Origin: Mobula hypostoma
Taxonomy: Eukaryota
NCBI RefSeq assembly: GCF_963921235.1
Contig: NC_086097.1
Location: 58,158,001-58,222,000 of the forward strand
DNA length: 64,000 nucleotides
Direction: 5' to 3'
Part shown: one piece after another, positions 1 to 13,540 of the stretch
Numbering within the stretch: the stretch's first letter is position 1
Layout of the letters: each line of letters opens with the position of its first letter
Made by a program: the position numbers and the translations under genes
The notes under the pieces: generated by a model
The model's database searches: none
Seen by the model: only the letters and a program-made list of their open reading frames with translations
Told to the model about the DNA's origin: nothing

Positions 1-1319
1 ACCCTGCAAACTTATCCTTCAATCTCTTTGAATTATGGAGGAAACCATAAGTATAAATGTCTCTCTCCAGCAGACTTCAACATGATCATCATGACTCCAG
101 TATTTCTACTATTTTTTAATTGTATATATAATTTTTTTTGTGTGTTCTATTGCTGAGCAGCAGTGAACCATCTGATTGGCCTATTAGAGTTCTCTTTGGG
201 AACTAGTTGACTTGATCAGCATTTCTGATCTGGCTATTGTTCATGATTGCATTTAATAAAAAAAAATCCCGATGCTTTTTTTTGCTATTAGACTTTTAAT
301 GACCCTATCAAAACACCCCTTGAGAAAAATGTCTCTTCAGAATTCCAGTAGTTTGGCTAGAACTAATACTACCATCTTCAAGGAATAATTGCACTCATTT
401 GTTTATAAAGCCTTAAAAAGGTGTCCCATTTACTGCCTGAAAGTGAAAGATTAGTGCTTATATGGCACTTCATGAATTTTTTTCCAGAAACAGTCCAAAA
501 TACTCTCATGGTAATTTTCTTTGAAGTACTGTGGCTGCTTCTGAGTATAAAATATCGGTGCGCTGAGAATGCATAAATCTTTTCTGGGAGCTAGTCATTT
601 TTGTTAACTTTGCTTTTGGACAGAGAGCTGATGAAGCTATTTTCAACAGACCATTTTTCAGAATTGTGATGTGGGCAGCTGAGGATCAAAAGAACAATAT
701 GCCCTTCCCATTGGCTATCCAAGGCCAGCTTACCTTTCAAATGCAAGAAGCAGTAACTGAAGGTCATAACTGTGGGGATGCAGGCAAAACTTGGGAATGA
801 AAAGAAATTGACTGAAAGGAAGGAGAACAGTTTGTGCTCATTAGAGGAGGAAGCTAAAGTACAGTGCCCCAGGAACCTCTAGTCCTTATACATAGGCAAA
901 TTGGTTGAACTTTCAGATGATACCAAACTAGACACCATAATTGAAGGAGGCAGGCAGAGAGAGCTGACAATAAATGACTCTCAGGCAATAGCATTTAAAT
1001 GTAATAGAGATGAAATACATTAAAAGAAAGAAAAATGGAAAAAATGCCTACTTCAAGAATACCATTGAAATGACTGAAGGTGAAGTTGAAATATACAGAG
1101 AATTGGATGGAAGTGTATTATCAAGATTTGTAATCGTATAAAGTTTGAAACAAACTTGCCAAGGCTCAGGAACACCGAAAGATTTGACTGTTTATGGAAG
1201 CTTCTACAAACAACACTGCAATCCAAATGCAGTCAACCACCTGCACTAGGGGAAATGGCTTGACCAAAGATGATGACCTTTGATCTAACACAAAACTCAT
1301 GGTCTAATGAGAAGCAATG

Positions 1320-1880
1320 ATTCCTGCCCTCCTATATGACTGCATTACCTACAACGGTGGCCACAAGGCATTTGAGCAATGTCACCAACACTTCCTCCAT
1401 AACAATGCCCAAGCTCACTGGAAGGATATGGGAACCAATATAAGTTCTCCTCTCGCCCCCATCACCTTCAGTATCAAGGCTCTAGTTACACATACTGTAG
1501 TTGGCCAGATTGGGCAGGTGATGTCATTCACATGCCTGCCACTAGACTCTGTCATAGGAAGAGATTAACAGGTGGATTGAGAACAAGTTTCAAGGCAGTG
1601 CTTAAAGTATCCTTGAAGTAATACAATATCCCCACTGCTGCTGGAAACTTTTGTATCATGATTCCTCACTATAGAAGAACCATGTGGAATGGTATTGAGA
1701 ACTTCAAGTCCGTGCATCAGGAGCACAGTGAAGCCCTGCACCTGCTGTAGAATAAGCAGACTACCTCATCAGTCCCTTCAGTCCCCATCTGCTCTGCCAG
1801 TGGGAGAGTCTATGGTTACCAAGTTGGCCTCATCAGCCAACTCAGAACACAAAAAACTGGAGTGAAAGTCAGTCATGTTC
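1320..1880 (+). mobile_element. Decayed 3' end of an RTE-type LINE
   Basis: Frameshifted RT C-terminal region. 1780-1850 translates VPICSASGRVYGYQVGLISQLRTQ, resembling the terminal C2H2-like motif (CxxCGRxxxSxIGLxSHxRTH) of RTE ORF2. Confidence 0.6.
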
Positions 1881-3288
1881 AGTCCTCAGCTGTTGCCCCA
1901 GAAATGCATTAAAAAAGACACCATCCTTAAAGCAATAATTAGTTCTTTGCAACCAATTGTCTAATTTCATCTGGTAATAGTCAATAAGAGCAATTTCGAA
2001 AAGCTTTGCAAGCCCGAAATGACATCCTTAGAGAATGGGCCCAATAATTTTAGAAAACTGAATGTGCATTTATTTGCTACATTCAAAGTACCATAAGCAT
2101 ACACTCCACTGTCTACTTCAATCCACTGTACTAGGCATGGACTTCCCATAAGATTTGCTGTTTATGTACATCAGGAAAAAATGCCCAGTTATAGGTAATT
2201 GTAGATAATTCACATTATTTTAGCAGTTGGGTCAGGTGTTTTCAATGCTAGCGACAGGAGATACCCATTCAGAGTTGTTTTGAGTGAGCCCTACAATTCA
2301 GTGTGATTGGGTGATACTTTCAGTGTCAACAGCTTGTAGTGTAAGTTTTAAGTCCATAAGACCATAAGATATAGGAGCAGAAGTAGGCCATTCGGCCCAT
2401 CGAGTCTGCTCCGCCATTCAACCATGGGCTGATTCAATTTTTCCAGTCATCCCCACTCCCCTGCTTTCACCCCATACCCTTTGATGCCCTGGCTAATCAA
2501 GAACCTATCTATCTCTGCCTTAAATACAGCCAATGACTTGGCCTCCATAGCCACTCGTGGAAACAAATTTCACAGATTTACCACCCTCTGACTGAAGTAA
2601 TTTCTCCGAATCTCTGTTCTAAATGGACGTCCTTCAATCCTGAAGTCGCATCCTCTTGTCCTGGACTCCCTGACCATGGGAAATAACTTTTCCATATCTA
2701 ATCTGTTCAGGCCTTTTAACATTCAGAATGTTTCTATGAGATCCCCCCTCATTCTCCTGAACTCCAGGGAATACAGCCCAAGAGCTGCCAGACATTCCTC
2801 ATACAGTAACCCTTTCATTCCTGGAATCATTCTCGTGAATCTTCACTGAACCCTCTCCAATGTGAGTGTATCCTTTCTAAAATAAGGAGCCCAAAACTGC
2901 ACACAATACTCCAAGTGTGGTCTCATGAGTGCCTTATAGAGCCTCAACATCACATCCCTGCCCTTATATTCTATACCTCTAGAAATGAATGCCAACATTG
3001 CATTCACCTTCTTCACCACCGACTCAACCTGGAGGTTAACCTTTAGGGTATCCTGTACAAGGACTCTCAAGTCTCTTTGCATCTCTGCATTTTGAATTCT
3101 CTCTCCATCTAAATAATAGTCTGCCAGTTTATTTCTTCCACCAAAGTGCATGACCATACATTTTCCAACATTGTATTTCATTTGCTACTTCTTTGCCCAT
3201 TCCCTGAAACTATCTTAGTCTCTCTGCAGGCTTCCTGTTTCCTCAACATGAGCTGCTCCTCCACCTATCTTTGTATCATCGGCAAATT

Positions 3289-3839
3289 CAAAGATTCAAA
3301 GATTCAAAAAACTTTATTGCCATTCTAACTGTACATCAGCTCTGCAGGGCAGGATGAGACAGCGTTTCCCAGGAGCAGTGCAATCATAACATAACAAATG
3401 CAACACTAATTAATAAACGTAACAATAAATAGTAAAACACAACAGCCACATGTCAGTTAAAATCAAGTTATAAGTGTCCAGTGCAAGTTAAAAGTGTCCA
3501 AAGCAGAGTCAGGTAGAGCAGCTATTTAGCAGGCTGATTGCCTGTGGGAGGAAGCTGTTTAGTAGCCTTGTGGTTTTAGTTTTGATGCTCCTGTAATGTT
3601 TGCCTGATGGCAGAAGAACAAACAGTTCATGGAGAGGGTGTGAGGGGTCTTAAATGATGTATCGTGTCTTCTGGAGGCATCAACTCTGAAGGAGGTTGAG
3701 GACAGAAGGTAGAGAGACCCCAATAACCTTCTCTGCTCCCCTAACCACCCTCTGCAAGGCTTTTTTGTCGACAGCACTGCAGCTGGAGTACCAGGTTGTG
3801 ATGCTAAAGGTCAGCACACTCTCAACCACGCCTCTGTAG
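3289..3839 (-). mobile_element. Rex1/Babar-type LINE 3' fragment inserted in the CR1
   Basis: YRGVVESVLTFSITTWY...KALQRVVRGAEKVIG, followed by a HELFVLLPSG-type C-terminus. (TTTGAATC)n tail at 3289-3308. AATT duplicated at both junctions. Confidence 0.85.
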
Positions 3840-4774
3840 AATTTAGCCACAAATCCATTAATCCCATAGTCCAAATCATTGACATACATTGTAAAAAGCA
3901 GAAGTTCCAACACCGACCCCTGTGGAACTCCACTGGTAACCAGCAGCCAGCCAGAATAGGGTCCCTTTATTCCCACTCTCTGTTTTCTGCTGATCAGCCT
4001 ATGCTCCACCCATGCTAGCAACTCCCCTGTAATTCCATGGGCTCTTATCTTGCTAAGCAGTCTCATGTGTGGCACCTTGTCAAAGGCCTTCTAAAAATCT
4101 AAGTACAGCTCATCTACTGCATCTCCTTTGTCTACCCTGTCTGTAATTTCCTCAAAAAATTGCAGTAGGTTAGTCAGGCAGGATTTTCCTTTCAGGAAAC
4201 CATGCTGGCTTTGGCCTATCTTGTCATGTGCCTCCAGGTACTCCGTAATTTCATCCCTAACAATTGATTCTAACAAGTTCTCAACCACTGATGTCAGGCT
4301 AACAGGTCTATAGTTTCCTTTCTGCTGCCTCCCACCCTTCTTCAATAGTGGAGTAACATTTGCAATTTTCCAGTCATCCGGTACAATGCCAGAATCTACT
4401 GATTTTTGAAGGATCATTATTAATGCCTCCGCAATCTCTCCAGCTACTTTCTTCAGAACCCAAGGGTGCATTCCATCAGGTCCAGGAGATTTATCCATTA
4501 AGCTTCCTGAGCACCTTCTCAGTCGTAATTTTCACTGCACAAACTTCACTTCCCTGACACTCTTGAATATCTGGTATACTGCAGATGTCTTCCACTGTGA
4601 AGACTGATGCAAAATACACATTCAGTTCCTCTTCCATTTCTGCGTCTCTCATTACAATATCTCCAGCATCATTTTTTATTTCTCCTATATCTACCCTCAA
4701 CTCTTTTTTACCCTTTATATACTTAAAAAAGCTTTTAGTATCTTCTTTGATATTAGTCACCAGCTTCCTTTCAT

Positions 4775-5323
4775 TTTTTTAATACTTTATTTTCAAAATT
4801 TTCAAAAAAAACAATGAGATCAACAAAAACATACCAGCTCAGACATGTATAAAAAAGAAATAAGCAAAAAAAAGAAGACATAACATTAGAGGGATGCCTA
4901 TTGTACAAAGTGCTCAAAAATACTAAACATTAAATCTCAAATGAGGGCCCTGAGAAATCAGCAGGGGGGAAATTGCTCATCCACGACCCTCGCCCCCGCC
5001 CCCGGTCTCATCCAGGTAGGCAAGAAATGGATCCCAGATAGCTGAAATTTTTTTAATTGAATTGATTCTCAAGAACCTAAGTTTCTCTATCTGTATGACT
5101 GAGATCATATCAGCCATCCATCTCCGAAAGGAAGGGGGAGAGTGTGATTTCCATTCCCTCAAGATAAGTCTTTTGGCAATAATCATCCCCAGCATCAGAG
5201 ACTGTTGTATGGCTGCAGGGAAACAAATAGTAGATTGCCAGCAGCCAAATATAGCGAGACCAGCTTCCAAGAGGAAGGATCTTTTATAGGCCTTTGAGTA
5301 CCAGTTGAATATTTTGGACCAAA
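4775..5323 (-). mobile_element. 5'-truncated L1-clade LINE with 16-bp TSD, inserted in the CR1
   Basis: ORF2 C-terminus FWSKIF...AKRLILREWKS...EKLRF...IWDPF. AATAAA plus a short polyA on the minus strand. TSD accagcttcctttcat at 4759-4774 and 5324-5339. Confidence 0.9.
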
Positions 5324-6334
5324 ACCAGCTTCCTTTCATAATTCATCTTTTTCTTCCTAATGACCTTCTTAGTTTCCTTCTGCAAGTTTTCAAAAGCTCC
5401 CCAATCCTCTATCTTCCCACTAGCTCTGGTCTCCTTGTACGCCCTCTCTCCTGCTTTTACTTTGGCTCTGACTTCATGTGTCAGCCATTGTAGTGTCCTC
5501 CTTCCATTTGAAAATTTCTTCTTATTTGGAATATATCTGTCTTGCACTTCCCTCATTTTTCATAGAAATTCCAGCCATTGCTGCTCTGCTGTCCTTCCTG
5601 CTGGTGTCTCTTTCCAGTCAACCTTTCCCCTCTCATGCCATTGTAATTTCCTTTATGCCACTGAAATACCGACACATTGGAATTAAGTTTCTCCTTCTCA
5701 AGTTTCAAAATGAACTCGATCATATTATGATCACTGTTCCCTAAGGGTTCCTGAACCTTAAGCTCTTTTGTTTTTGAAATTCACCGTGTCCTCTTGTATA
5801 GATGCTTCAAGAAGATGTCAGTAGTGGCATTTTGTTTTGAAGTATATACCTTACTATCATAAACAAAATGTGAGAGTAACATGGTGCCTTTTTCAAGTTG
5901 TGGTGGGGGTGATGTCAGAAATGGCCAAAGTGCATTGTAATTTGTTACAGGTGTAAAGGGCCAGCTTGTAAAAATGAGAAATGCAGAAGATGATAGCTAA
6001 CACAATCCTCTTAAATGTGCATAACTCTTCTTGTTTTTATGTTGCTTCAGATCTACATCAATAACATGAGTTGATATCAATATCATAATTGGAGGCATCA
6101 CAAGGAAAGTTTACTGCCATTCAATAACTGAATATTCTATGTTACCACTTCTGCTCCTTCACTAATAATGTTAGCAGAGAAGAACATCTCCAAACACTGT
6201 AAATATGTGCTAAGACTATCTGACTTTCCAGTGTTTCCAGTCTGCTATTTCGCAAGCAGCAACTGCATTCACTATTCCACGTACTTAAAATGAGACCATC
6301 CTTCAGCCTTGGTGCTTTTCTCTTTACTTATTCA

Positions 6335-6700
6335 CTTAGAACTTAGAAAGGTACAGCACAGGATAGGCCCTTCTGCCCATGATATTGTTCCAAACTTTTA
6401 ACCTTCTCTAAGATCAACTTAACCCTTCCCTCTTCCTCTGCCCTCCATTTTTCCAATATCCATGTCTATCCAAGGGTGTCTAAAAATACCTCTACCACGA
6501 CCCACCAGTCTCTGCGCAAAAAGATTACCTCTGACATCCCCTTCTATACTTTCCTCCAAACACCTTAAAACTATGCCCCATTGTATCAGTTATTTCTGCC
6601 CTGGGAAAATGATGCTGGCCACCCACTTTATCCACACCTCCATCAAATCGCTTCTCATCCACCGTGGCAAAGAGAATGCCCTGGCTCACTCGACCAATGA
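6335..6700 (-). mobile_element. Decayed CR1 3' end
   Basis: ttagaacttagaa tail followed by acagcacagg..ggcccttctgcccat, the CR1 3' terminal motif. Confidence 0.65.
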
Positions 6701-9700
6701 GGAGAAGTAGTTGAATTAATGGTGTAGTGGAATGCCGGGAAATCAGTGGGAGCTAGATCATGGTCTCAGGGTGGTTGCAGGTCATTAGGTGAGAGGGTGG
6801 ATGGAAGTCGAAGGCGGAGCTAGTAACTAAAGCAGATCTTCCTGATCCTCATCTGCTATAAGTGAGGGAGGAGGTCCCTTGTGAAACATGGCTTCTCACA
6901 AAAGGTCTGTGGACAGTGTGACCTTCAGAGTGTTTTCCTATTGCCTTTACCGCACAGCAACAAACAACAGTGTCTCTTCCAACCTGACTCTGGAATGCCT
7001 TCACAAATAACCCAAAGACATAAGAAGTCAAAGTCATCGTTGTATTTATTGTCATATGCACAAGCTCACATATGTATAGATGCAGTGAATCTTTTACTTG
7101 CAACAGCATCACACGCATGTAGCATCAGACACACAACTCGCATAATAAAAATTTAAATTCAATATATATTACTGACAACACTGCACTTATAGAAGTAGCG
7201 ACATTAAAGCAGCAATTACCCTTCTACAAAATAATAAATGGACAGAAAAATATTAAACTTGAATTGAAGAACAAAATTAAATGATGAGAGTAGAATTAGA
7301 GAACATTGGCACAGACTAAGAAAAGGAAACTTCATGGCTAAAATCATGACAGCCTTCTTTCTCACAGATGAAACAATAATTGCAATGGAAGTTATGATGT
7401 GAGTGAATGTGAAAATCCTTAATGCATTTGAAATGCAATGATATATAGAAATAAGGTGAACATTTTTGTGCTATAGATTAATATTGAGTAGTTGCCCTTT
7501 TTCAGATGTTAGAGCCATTTGAGTACCCTGCAGGAGGAAGATGCCGAGAGCTGTTATGGTTAGTGGAAATAATTCCATTCCACCCCATCGCCTCAATAAC
7601 CAGAGATGTTCCAGATGATACGTAAATCAGCAGCTGGGTTTCACTAGTCATGATTCTAGCAGCTGTGCTCATGACCCAGTATGATGCAATCTAAGTTTGT
7701 GCAACACCAATGACACACTGAAACCTAGCAACTAGCCCATCACAGTTTCTCGCCTCTCTGTAGAGCTACATAGTAATTGGAACTTAGAAGTTAAAGTCAT
7801 GTACCGCTCATTGTTAGAAATGGAAAGTACCCAACCAATTATATCCTTCATCCTATAAGAGGTTTTGAAATAACCAAGTTGTTCTTGAACTGCATTCCCA
7901 AGCGTTCACAAGGTACAGTGGCAACAGGGAAAGCATTTGTTGTCCAGTGTGACTTAAAGAGTGCAGAGGAAAGTTTTGTGTTGTAATAAATCACTGTGTT
8001 GTACAGTTGTGAGCTGTTTTGCATTATATTTTGCTGTTTGCTGTACATGGCTTCAAACTGAGTCACATGAGGCTGTCTGCTTTCCTGAGCAATATGTAAC
8101 ACTGCACATCTGAGCTTCAGCCTATGACGTGGCTAAACAGTAACATCTGCTCATTTTGTTTAAAACCTGAAGCTAAGCCTCAAAATTCCATGCCCTGATC
8201 CTACTGGCAACATGTGACTCTTTTTTTCCCTTTAACATGTTTATAGCTTTTATATACCTACACACTAAACCCCACCTGAAAGATTTGCAAATCGCGTCTC
8301 TCCTTTTTCATACATGATGACTAACAGAAATACCTTAAGTTCAAGGTGTTACAGCTTCCACCAGCTTATTATTTACTTGCATTACGTTGAGTTTATGGTC
8401 GCACAGCAGTTGTTGTTGGTGGAATGAAACCCCTTAAATTTTCAAAGTGCAAGTATGTGTGTCTTTAATATAGATTTTGGGCAAATACATTGAATAAAAT
8501 TAGTCAAATTCTTTACCATACTACTTTGAACAGAACAGTAATGAAATAATTCGGTGCTGCAAATTGGGTATCTGCCACAAACACAAAGTGTTAGTGTACA
8601 ACAGTTTGATCAGTTTAGAGTATATATGCTTAAGTTCCAAAATGCTGAACCAAAATGTTACGGTGATCATCTTCACTGGTTTACTCTGATGGGCCAGATC
8701 CAGGTGATGACGTATCTTCAAGGTCGTTTCTCTATTGAAGCATGAGCAGTGAAAGATGTATCCTTGTGTCCTGCTGGAACTGATAGGGTAAATTGAATGC
8801 AGATGGTTCTCAACTATAAGGGGATGGGCCTCTGATCTTTCAGCTGCTTTCCAAACAAACATAGAGAGGCACTGCCATCTCCTGACCGACAACTGAAATT
8901 GCAGGTCCGGGAAATAGAAAGTGCAAATTAAAGACCTGTATAGAAATTCAATTGCTTTGTGTTTTTCTTCAGCAGCATGTGATGGAAAATCATTGTTTGG
9001 GAATATACAACAATACCATTCTCCTGCAGACTCTTAATTGTCACACAGGTTGGCTACTTCTGAGTGTGAGTGTGAGACACTCTTGTGCCCTGATGCCTAG
9101 GTACTGAGACCATGTTGTCCTGACAGCAGCGTTGCTGGGTGCACCAAATTTTACCATACTGTTGGGACAATTAGCTACCTTCATCCTTTGGCACACCTTC
9201 TAAACACCACCCCACTCATTACACTGACACCACTGATACACATCACAGAGGGGGATATTTGCATGTAAGTATTCAAGTGAAATATATGCGTGTATGACAT
9301 AATGACATCATTATATATGTAACGAAGCTATATTTGATGTTATTTCGGAGTGAAGTGTCTATTCATGTATTCAAACTTGCAATCAGAATCAGGTTTATTA
9401 TTACCAAAGTGAAATTTGTTGTTTTGCGAGCCACCTAGAAATGATTTCTTGTCAGAACTAATCAGTCTTCCCTGAATAGCTTTCATTCCACCTCCAACAA
9501 AACTGTGATTATTGATGCTAAAGACAGCTTTGAGTTTATTGCATTCCATCTCATGACCTCCAAGATGTACACCAGTGTTTTCTCCTACCTCTATGCTTCT
9601 TCATAAAGAAGGTCACAGGATCTGATTCCAAGGCTGAGGGTATCATGAGCCCTGTGGATCTGTGTGGCAGGCCACAGAGTGTTGGGCTCCAAGGTTTCTA

Positions 9701-10613
9701 AAACACCTGAATTTGTTAATAGTTGCCTTAACCAGATTTGTTAAGCCCTTGTGTTTTCTGTTTAATCTTGTCACGTTGCTTTTGACTGGCACAGGTTTTC
9801 CACATTCTGTGATTATTTAAAGTGGATTCCTGATTAACACTTATCGCAGGGTCCTTGTTTTGAGAATGATTCATTTTGTGGTGTTGCTTGACCGAGCCAC
9901 CAATGTTCTGTCTCCACATCGGCATCTGTTGTTCCTTCACACCTGGGTTAAGTCATTGCCAGCAAATTCCATGACAGAAGGATTATGGAGTCTTAATTTT
10001 TTATCTTCAATCCAAATCATATCTTGATAATGTTGATCGGAATGAACGAATAAATACCACATGTATACCAGGTCTATAACATTGAAGTGTGCACCATGTC
10101 TTGGTTGAACTTCTTAGTTAGACTTCTTCACATAAAAATCTCCCTAAGATTCCAATAAGTGGATTGAGAAGCAACAACAACTTCTCTTTCAAGGGTGAAC
10201 ATGTAAAATCTTTATGTTTTCAGCTCCACATCTCTAGCAGTCTGACTCAGGGAAATGTCTATCGGTGTCTATCAAATTTATGGTTTCTTTCTTTTAACAT
10301 ACTTCTTGTTCAGTTGCTGCTTTCTCCACCAAGTGCAATAGTCTTTTTCAGTAGCAGCAAGTTTTGTCTCCTGCTCTACACTCTGACTATCTAGATATTT
10401 CTCGCCATCAGTCTATACTGAAAGAAGTGTCTTCGCTAACATTCCACTCTCAACCTTTTTAAAAAAATAATTAAATGTTCATTATATTATAAATTAGTAC
10501 TGCCTGTAAAGTCATTGTTGCATTTACATATACTGCCATTAAAAACAAAATCACAGTAAGAAATACTATGTAGCATAAAACTGTAATTTTAACATTTCCT
10601 GTGACTTTGATTT

Positions 10614-10629
10614 GCCAGTGGAGGGCACT
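10614..10629 (+). promoter_or_regulatory. CTCF-like motif
   Basis: GCCAGTGGAGGGCACT is close to the CTCF core CCASYAGRKGGCRS and lies in non-repetitive DNA. Motif match only. Confidence 0.35.
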
Positions 10630-11339
10630 CCCACACTCTTTGGCCGAGTTCTACACTTTGTAATGCTGATAGTCAGCATTAAAGTGGTGCCAAATCTTGT
10701 CTTTCCATCAAAAGATTTATGGGTCTAAAGTGACTAATGTTTCAAAATGAAATTAGACCTAAATTCCCTACTGGAGTTACCCTGCAGAGTTGATCTAACT
10801 CTAGCAGAAGGGGGCAGAATCAATCTCTCCTATGTTTTTCCACTGGTTCTGAGCCAAGTTGAAGTAATTCATAAGTGTGTCAACATTTCTTGCAGCAGCT
10901 CACCTACTTTCTTTATACTCATCCATAATTTTATTGCCCCTGGATGTGACAATTCCAGAACCATACCTGCAGGAAGGCATCCTGAAATTTTCTCTCCGTA
11001 AACTTGAGGTCATTTGAAGTTCTGCTGTCAGTATCCTGGTTCCTTGTAGACCCTGGATTATTAATAAAATTGCAAATTTGATCTGAGAAGTGGAAATGTC
11101 ACTCCATTATTTCAACAGAATAGGTTAAGTAAACTATGTTTTAAGTGGCATTTTAGTCTAAAATAAGGTATAGAAATATTACCATCTTTAAGAAAAGAAC
11201 ACGTGGACACACTCGATCAGCATGGACATTTGAAGGGTAATGCACACCTGACTACACTAATATTTTTCCTCAAGCAGCCATGAGTGTGTAGATAGGGAAG
11301 CGCTAATGCTTATTTTCTGTATGAGCTTATTATGGATCT

Positions 11340-11950
11340 CCATGGATGGTGCAGTCTCGGTCCCAAGCCATTCGCAATAGCCAGGTCCTAGTGCGAGGTA
11401 CGATTCACTGTTTAGACAATCTAAATACTGGCCCAGATTGGAGGCGAGAGCCAATTTCGCTCCTCTCCGCAATGTTCACTACTCTCTGCAGGGCACCAGA
11501 GCCTTTCGCTGTTCCGTTGTTTGGTCAATTTAAGCACCTTCTCAGATAGACTCAAAAGAGAGGGTGTTGGGATCCAAGCCGTGAACCGATTTTGCTCACT
11601 CTCTGCGATGGTCACACCCCTTTCCGTGGCACTCAGGCTATGAAGACTGCCCCAGCTGCTGTGCTCCATGCCTGATAATGTGACAAACTGATAAGCGAGG
11701 CTTTGGGCCTACTCCAGGCTGCTCCAGAGTACGGATCTGAGGACTCAGTTTGATTCAGAAGGTTGTTGTTCATTTTGATTGTTTGCATGATTTGTGTTTT
11801 TTTCCTTTTTCTTGTGCATCGAGTATTGGTCTTTTTATTTTTTTAAATTAGGTTTCTTGCTTCGTGGCTACCTATAAGCAAACAAATCTCAGGGATGTAT
11901 GAGTTATACATTCTTTGATAATAAATGTACTTTGAATCTTTGAATCTTGA
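11340..11950 (+). mobile_element. Non-coding non-LTR retroelement (SINE or long 3'UTR) with Rex/Babar-type tail
   Basis: CpG-richer body, a T-rich segment, then AATAAA and tttgaatctttgaatcttg, the same tail unit as the Rex fragment at 3289. Confidence 0.55.
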
Positions 11951-11964
11951 AAATTATGAAATGT

Positions 11965-12500
11965 TTTACAGCATTGCTGCATCAATCACAGTCCCAGAGA
12001 CCCAGGATCAATCCTGACAGTGGATCTTGCCTATGTGGAGTCCACAGAATCTACAGATTTCCCCTAGATGCTCCCATATCCTCCCACACCTCAATACACG
12101 CTCACCGGTAGGTTCATTATCTGCTGTAAATTGCTCCCAGTGTAGCCACACACAAAATGTTGGAGGAACTCAGTGGGTCAGACAGTATCTATGCAGGGAA
12201 ATGGACAGTTGATGTTTCTGCTTGAGACTCTTCTTCAGGATTTGAAGCATTAACTGTTCGTTTCCTTCTATTGATACTACCTGACCTGTTGAGTTCCTCC
12301 GGCAATTGTACGTTGCTCCAGATTTCCAGCATTTTCAATCTCTCTTGTGTTGCCCCAATTTGCAGGTAGATGGCAAAAGAATTTGGGAGACTTGATTTGG
12401 ATATGAGAGAGAAAAAAATAATGCAAAAGGATACTTGATGTTTGGCAGGAATGTACTAGGTCCAAGGGCATGTTTCTGCACTGTATGACTCCTTGACTAT
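11965..12500 (+). mobile_element. Decayed V-SINE/HE1-like SINE, split by a Penelope-derived palindrome
   Basis: cacagtcccagagacccaggatcaatcctgac (tRNA-like B-box region), tcctcccacac and tgtaaattgctcccagtgt (V-domain-like). CR1-type 3' end at 12460-12500. Confidence 0.55.
12146..12345. mobile_element. Palindromic non-autonomous Penelope pLTR derivative
   Basis: Inverted arms acacacaaaatgttggaggaactcag... and ...ttgagttcctccggcaattg, homologous to the pLTR at 59500-59633. Confidence 0.8.
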
Positions 12501-12589
12501 ACAAACACACAGAATTGAAAACAACCTTGGATCAGGGTTTTAAAAAATGCTGGAAGGTGGAGGATGAATGAAGGCTACTACAGCCAAAA

Positions 12590-13540
12590 TAGTCAAATAT
12601 AGTCATGGAGAAACAAACCTTTTGGCCTACCACCTCAATGCTGACTATAATGTCCGTCTATACTCATCCCAATTGTCCACATTAAATCTGCATTCCTCTC
12701 TGCTTCACTTATTCAAGTACTTGTCCAGGGAGGGAGGGAGAGAAATTCGACTCAGACCTTGGGAGGCCTGTGTCGGGCATTCTCATGCCTTACAGGGCGC
12801 AAATGCCTTGTAACTTGACCAAATGCCTCTTAAGTTTTGTTACTGTTCTCACCTCTACTCCTATTCTATATACTAATGGCACACAAGCTTGCTAGTGTTT
12901 TGTAGAATTGCCCCAACTCACGTACCTGGTTGACGAAGATAAGCATGCCATAAACTTTCTTCACCACCCTGTCAACCTGTGTTTCCACTTCCAGGCAGCT
13001 ACGTACTTGCACCACAAGGTCTCTCTTTGTTGAGCAACGCTTTCCAAGGCCCTAATATTCATGCTGCATATTCTGCCCTGGTTTAAATTCTCAATGAATC
13101 ACTTTGCACTTGTCCATGTTAAATTCCTTCTGCCATTCCATTGCTCACTTTCCCAGTTGACCCTATTGTAATCTTATTCAACCTTCTTCATAGTTTACTA
13201 TTCTACCAGGCTTGGTCCTAATTTTCTTATGCCATCTACGTTCTCATTCAAATCCCTATATATGATGAACAACGGTGGACCCAGCATCATGTGGCTCACA
13301 CACTAGTCTCCAGTCTCCAAGCTGAAAAGAAACTTTCCACCACTGTCATTTGCCGCCTGCTACCAAGCCAATGTCATATCATATAGGCTATCTCAACCTC
13401 TGGATCCCATGAATTCTAAAATTCCAGACCAGTCTATCATGCAGGAGTTTGTCAATACATGTAGGTATTGTCTATCATCCTGACTTTCTCAGTCCTCTTG
13501 ACCAGCATTTCAAAAAATGCAATTTTCCCATGCATCAAGC
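12590..13540 (-). mobile_element. Old CR1, segment 1 of 3 (continues at 17636-17788 and 26868-27015)
   Basis: Decayed 3' end and RT (aacggtggacccagca, tctggatcccatg). The sequence resumes colinearly after each nested insertion. Confidence 0.75.
12728..12812. mobile_element. Short (~85 bp) SINE-like insertion
   Basis: GC-rich insert flanked by acttgtcca (12719-12727) and acttgacca (12813-12821). Confidence 0.5.

Larger units (their letters stand above)
2355..5766 (-). mobile_element. 5'-truncated CR1/HER1-type LINE (end of endonuclease, RT, 3'UTR), interrupted by two younger insertions
   Basis: ORF pieces [64 protein letters not shown]. Short tandem tail (cataagac cataagat) at 2355-2372. Confidence 0.95.

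Noticed and set aside
3680..4075. 131-aa ORF that looks like a novel RT
   Set aside because: Chance in-frame fusion of CR1 RT with an inserted Rex fragment; the catalytic DD is lost.
8521..8892. 123-aa minus-strand ORF
   Set aside because: No homology recognised; not supportable as a gene.
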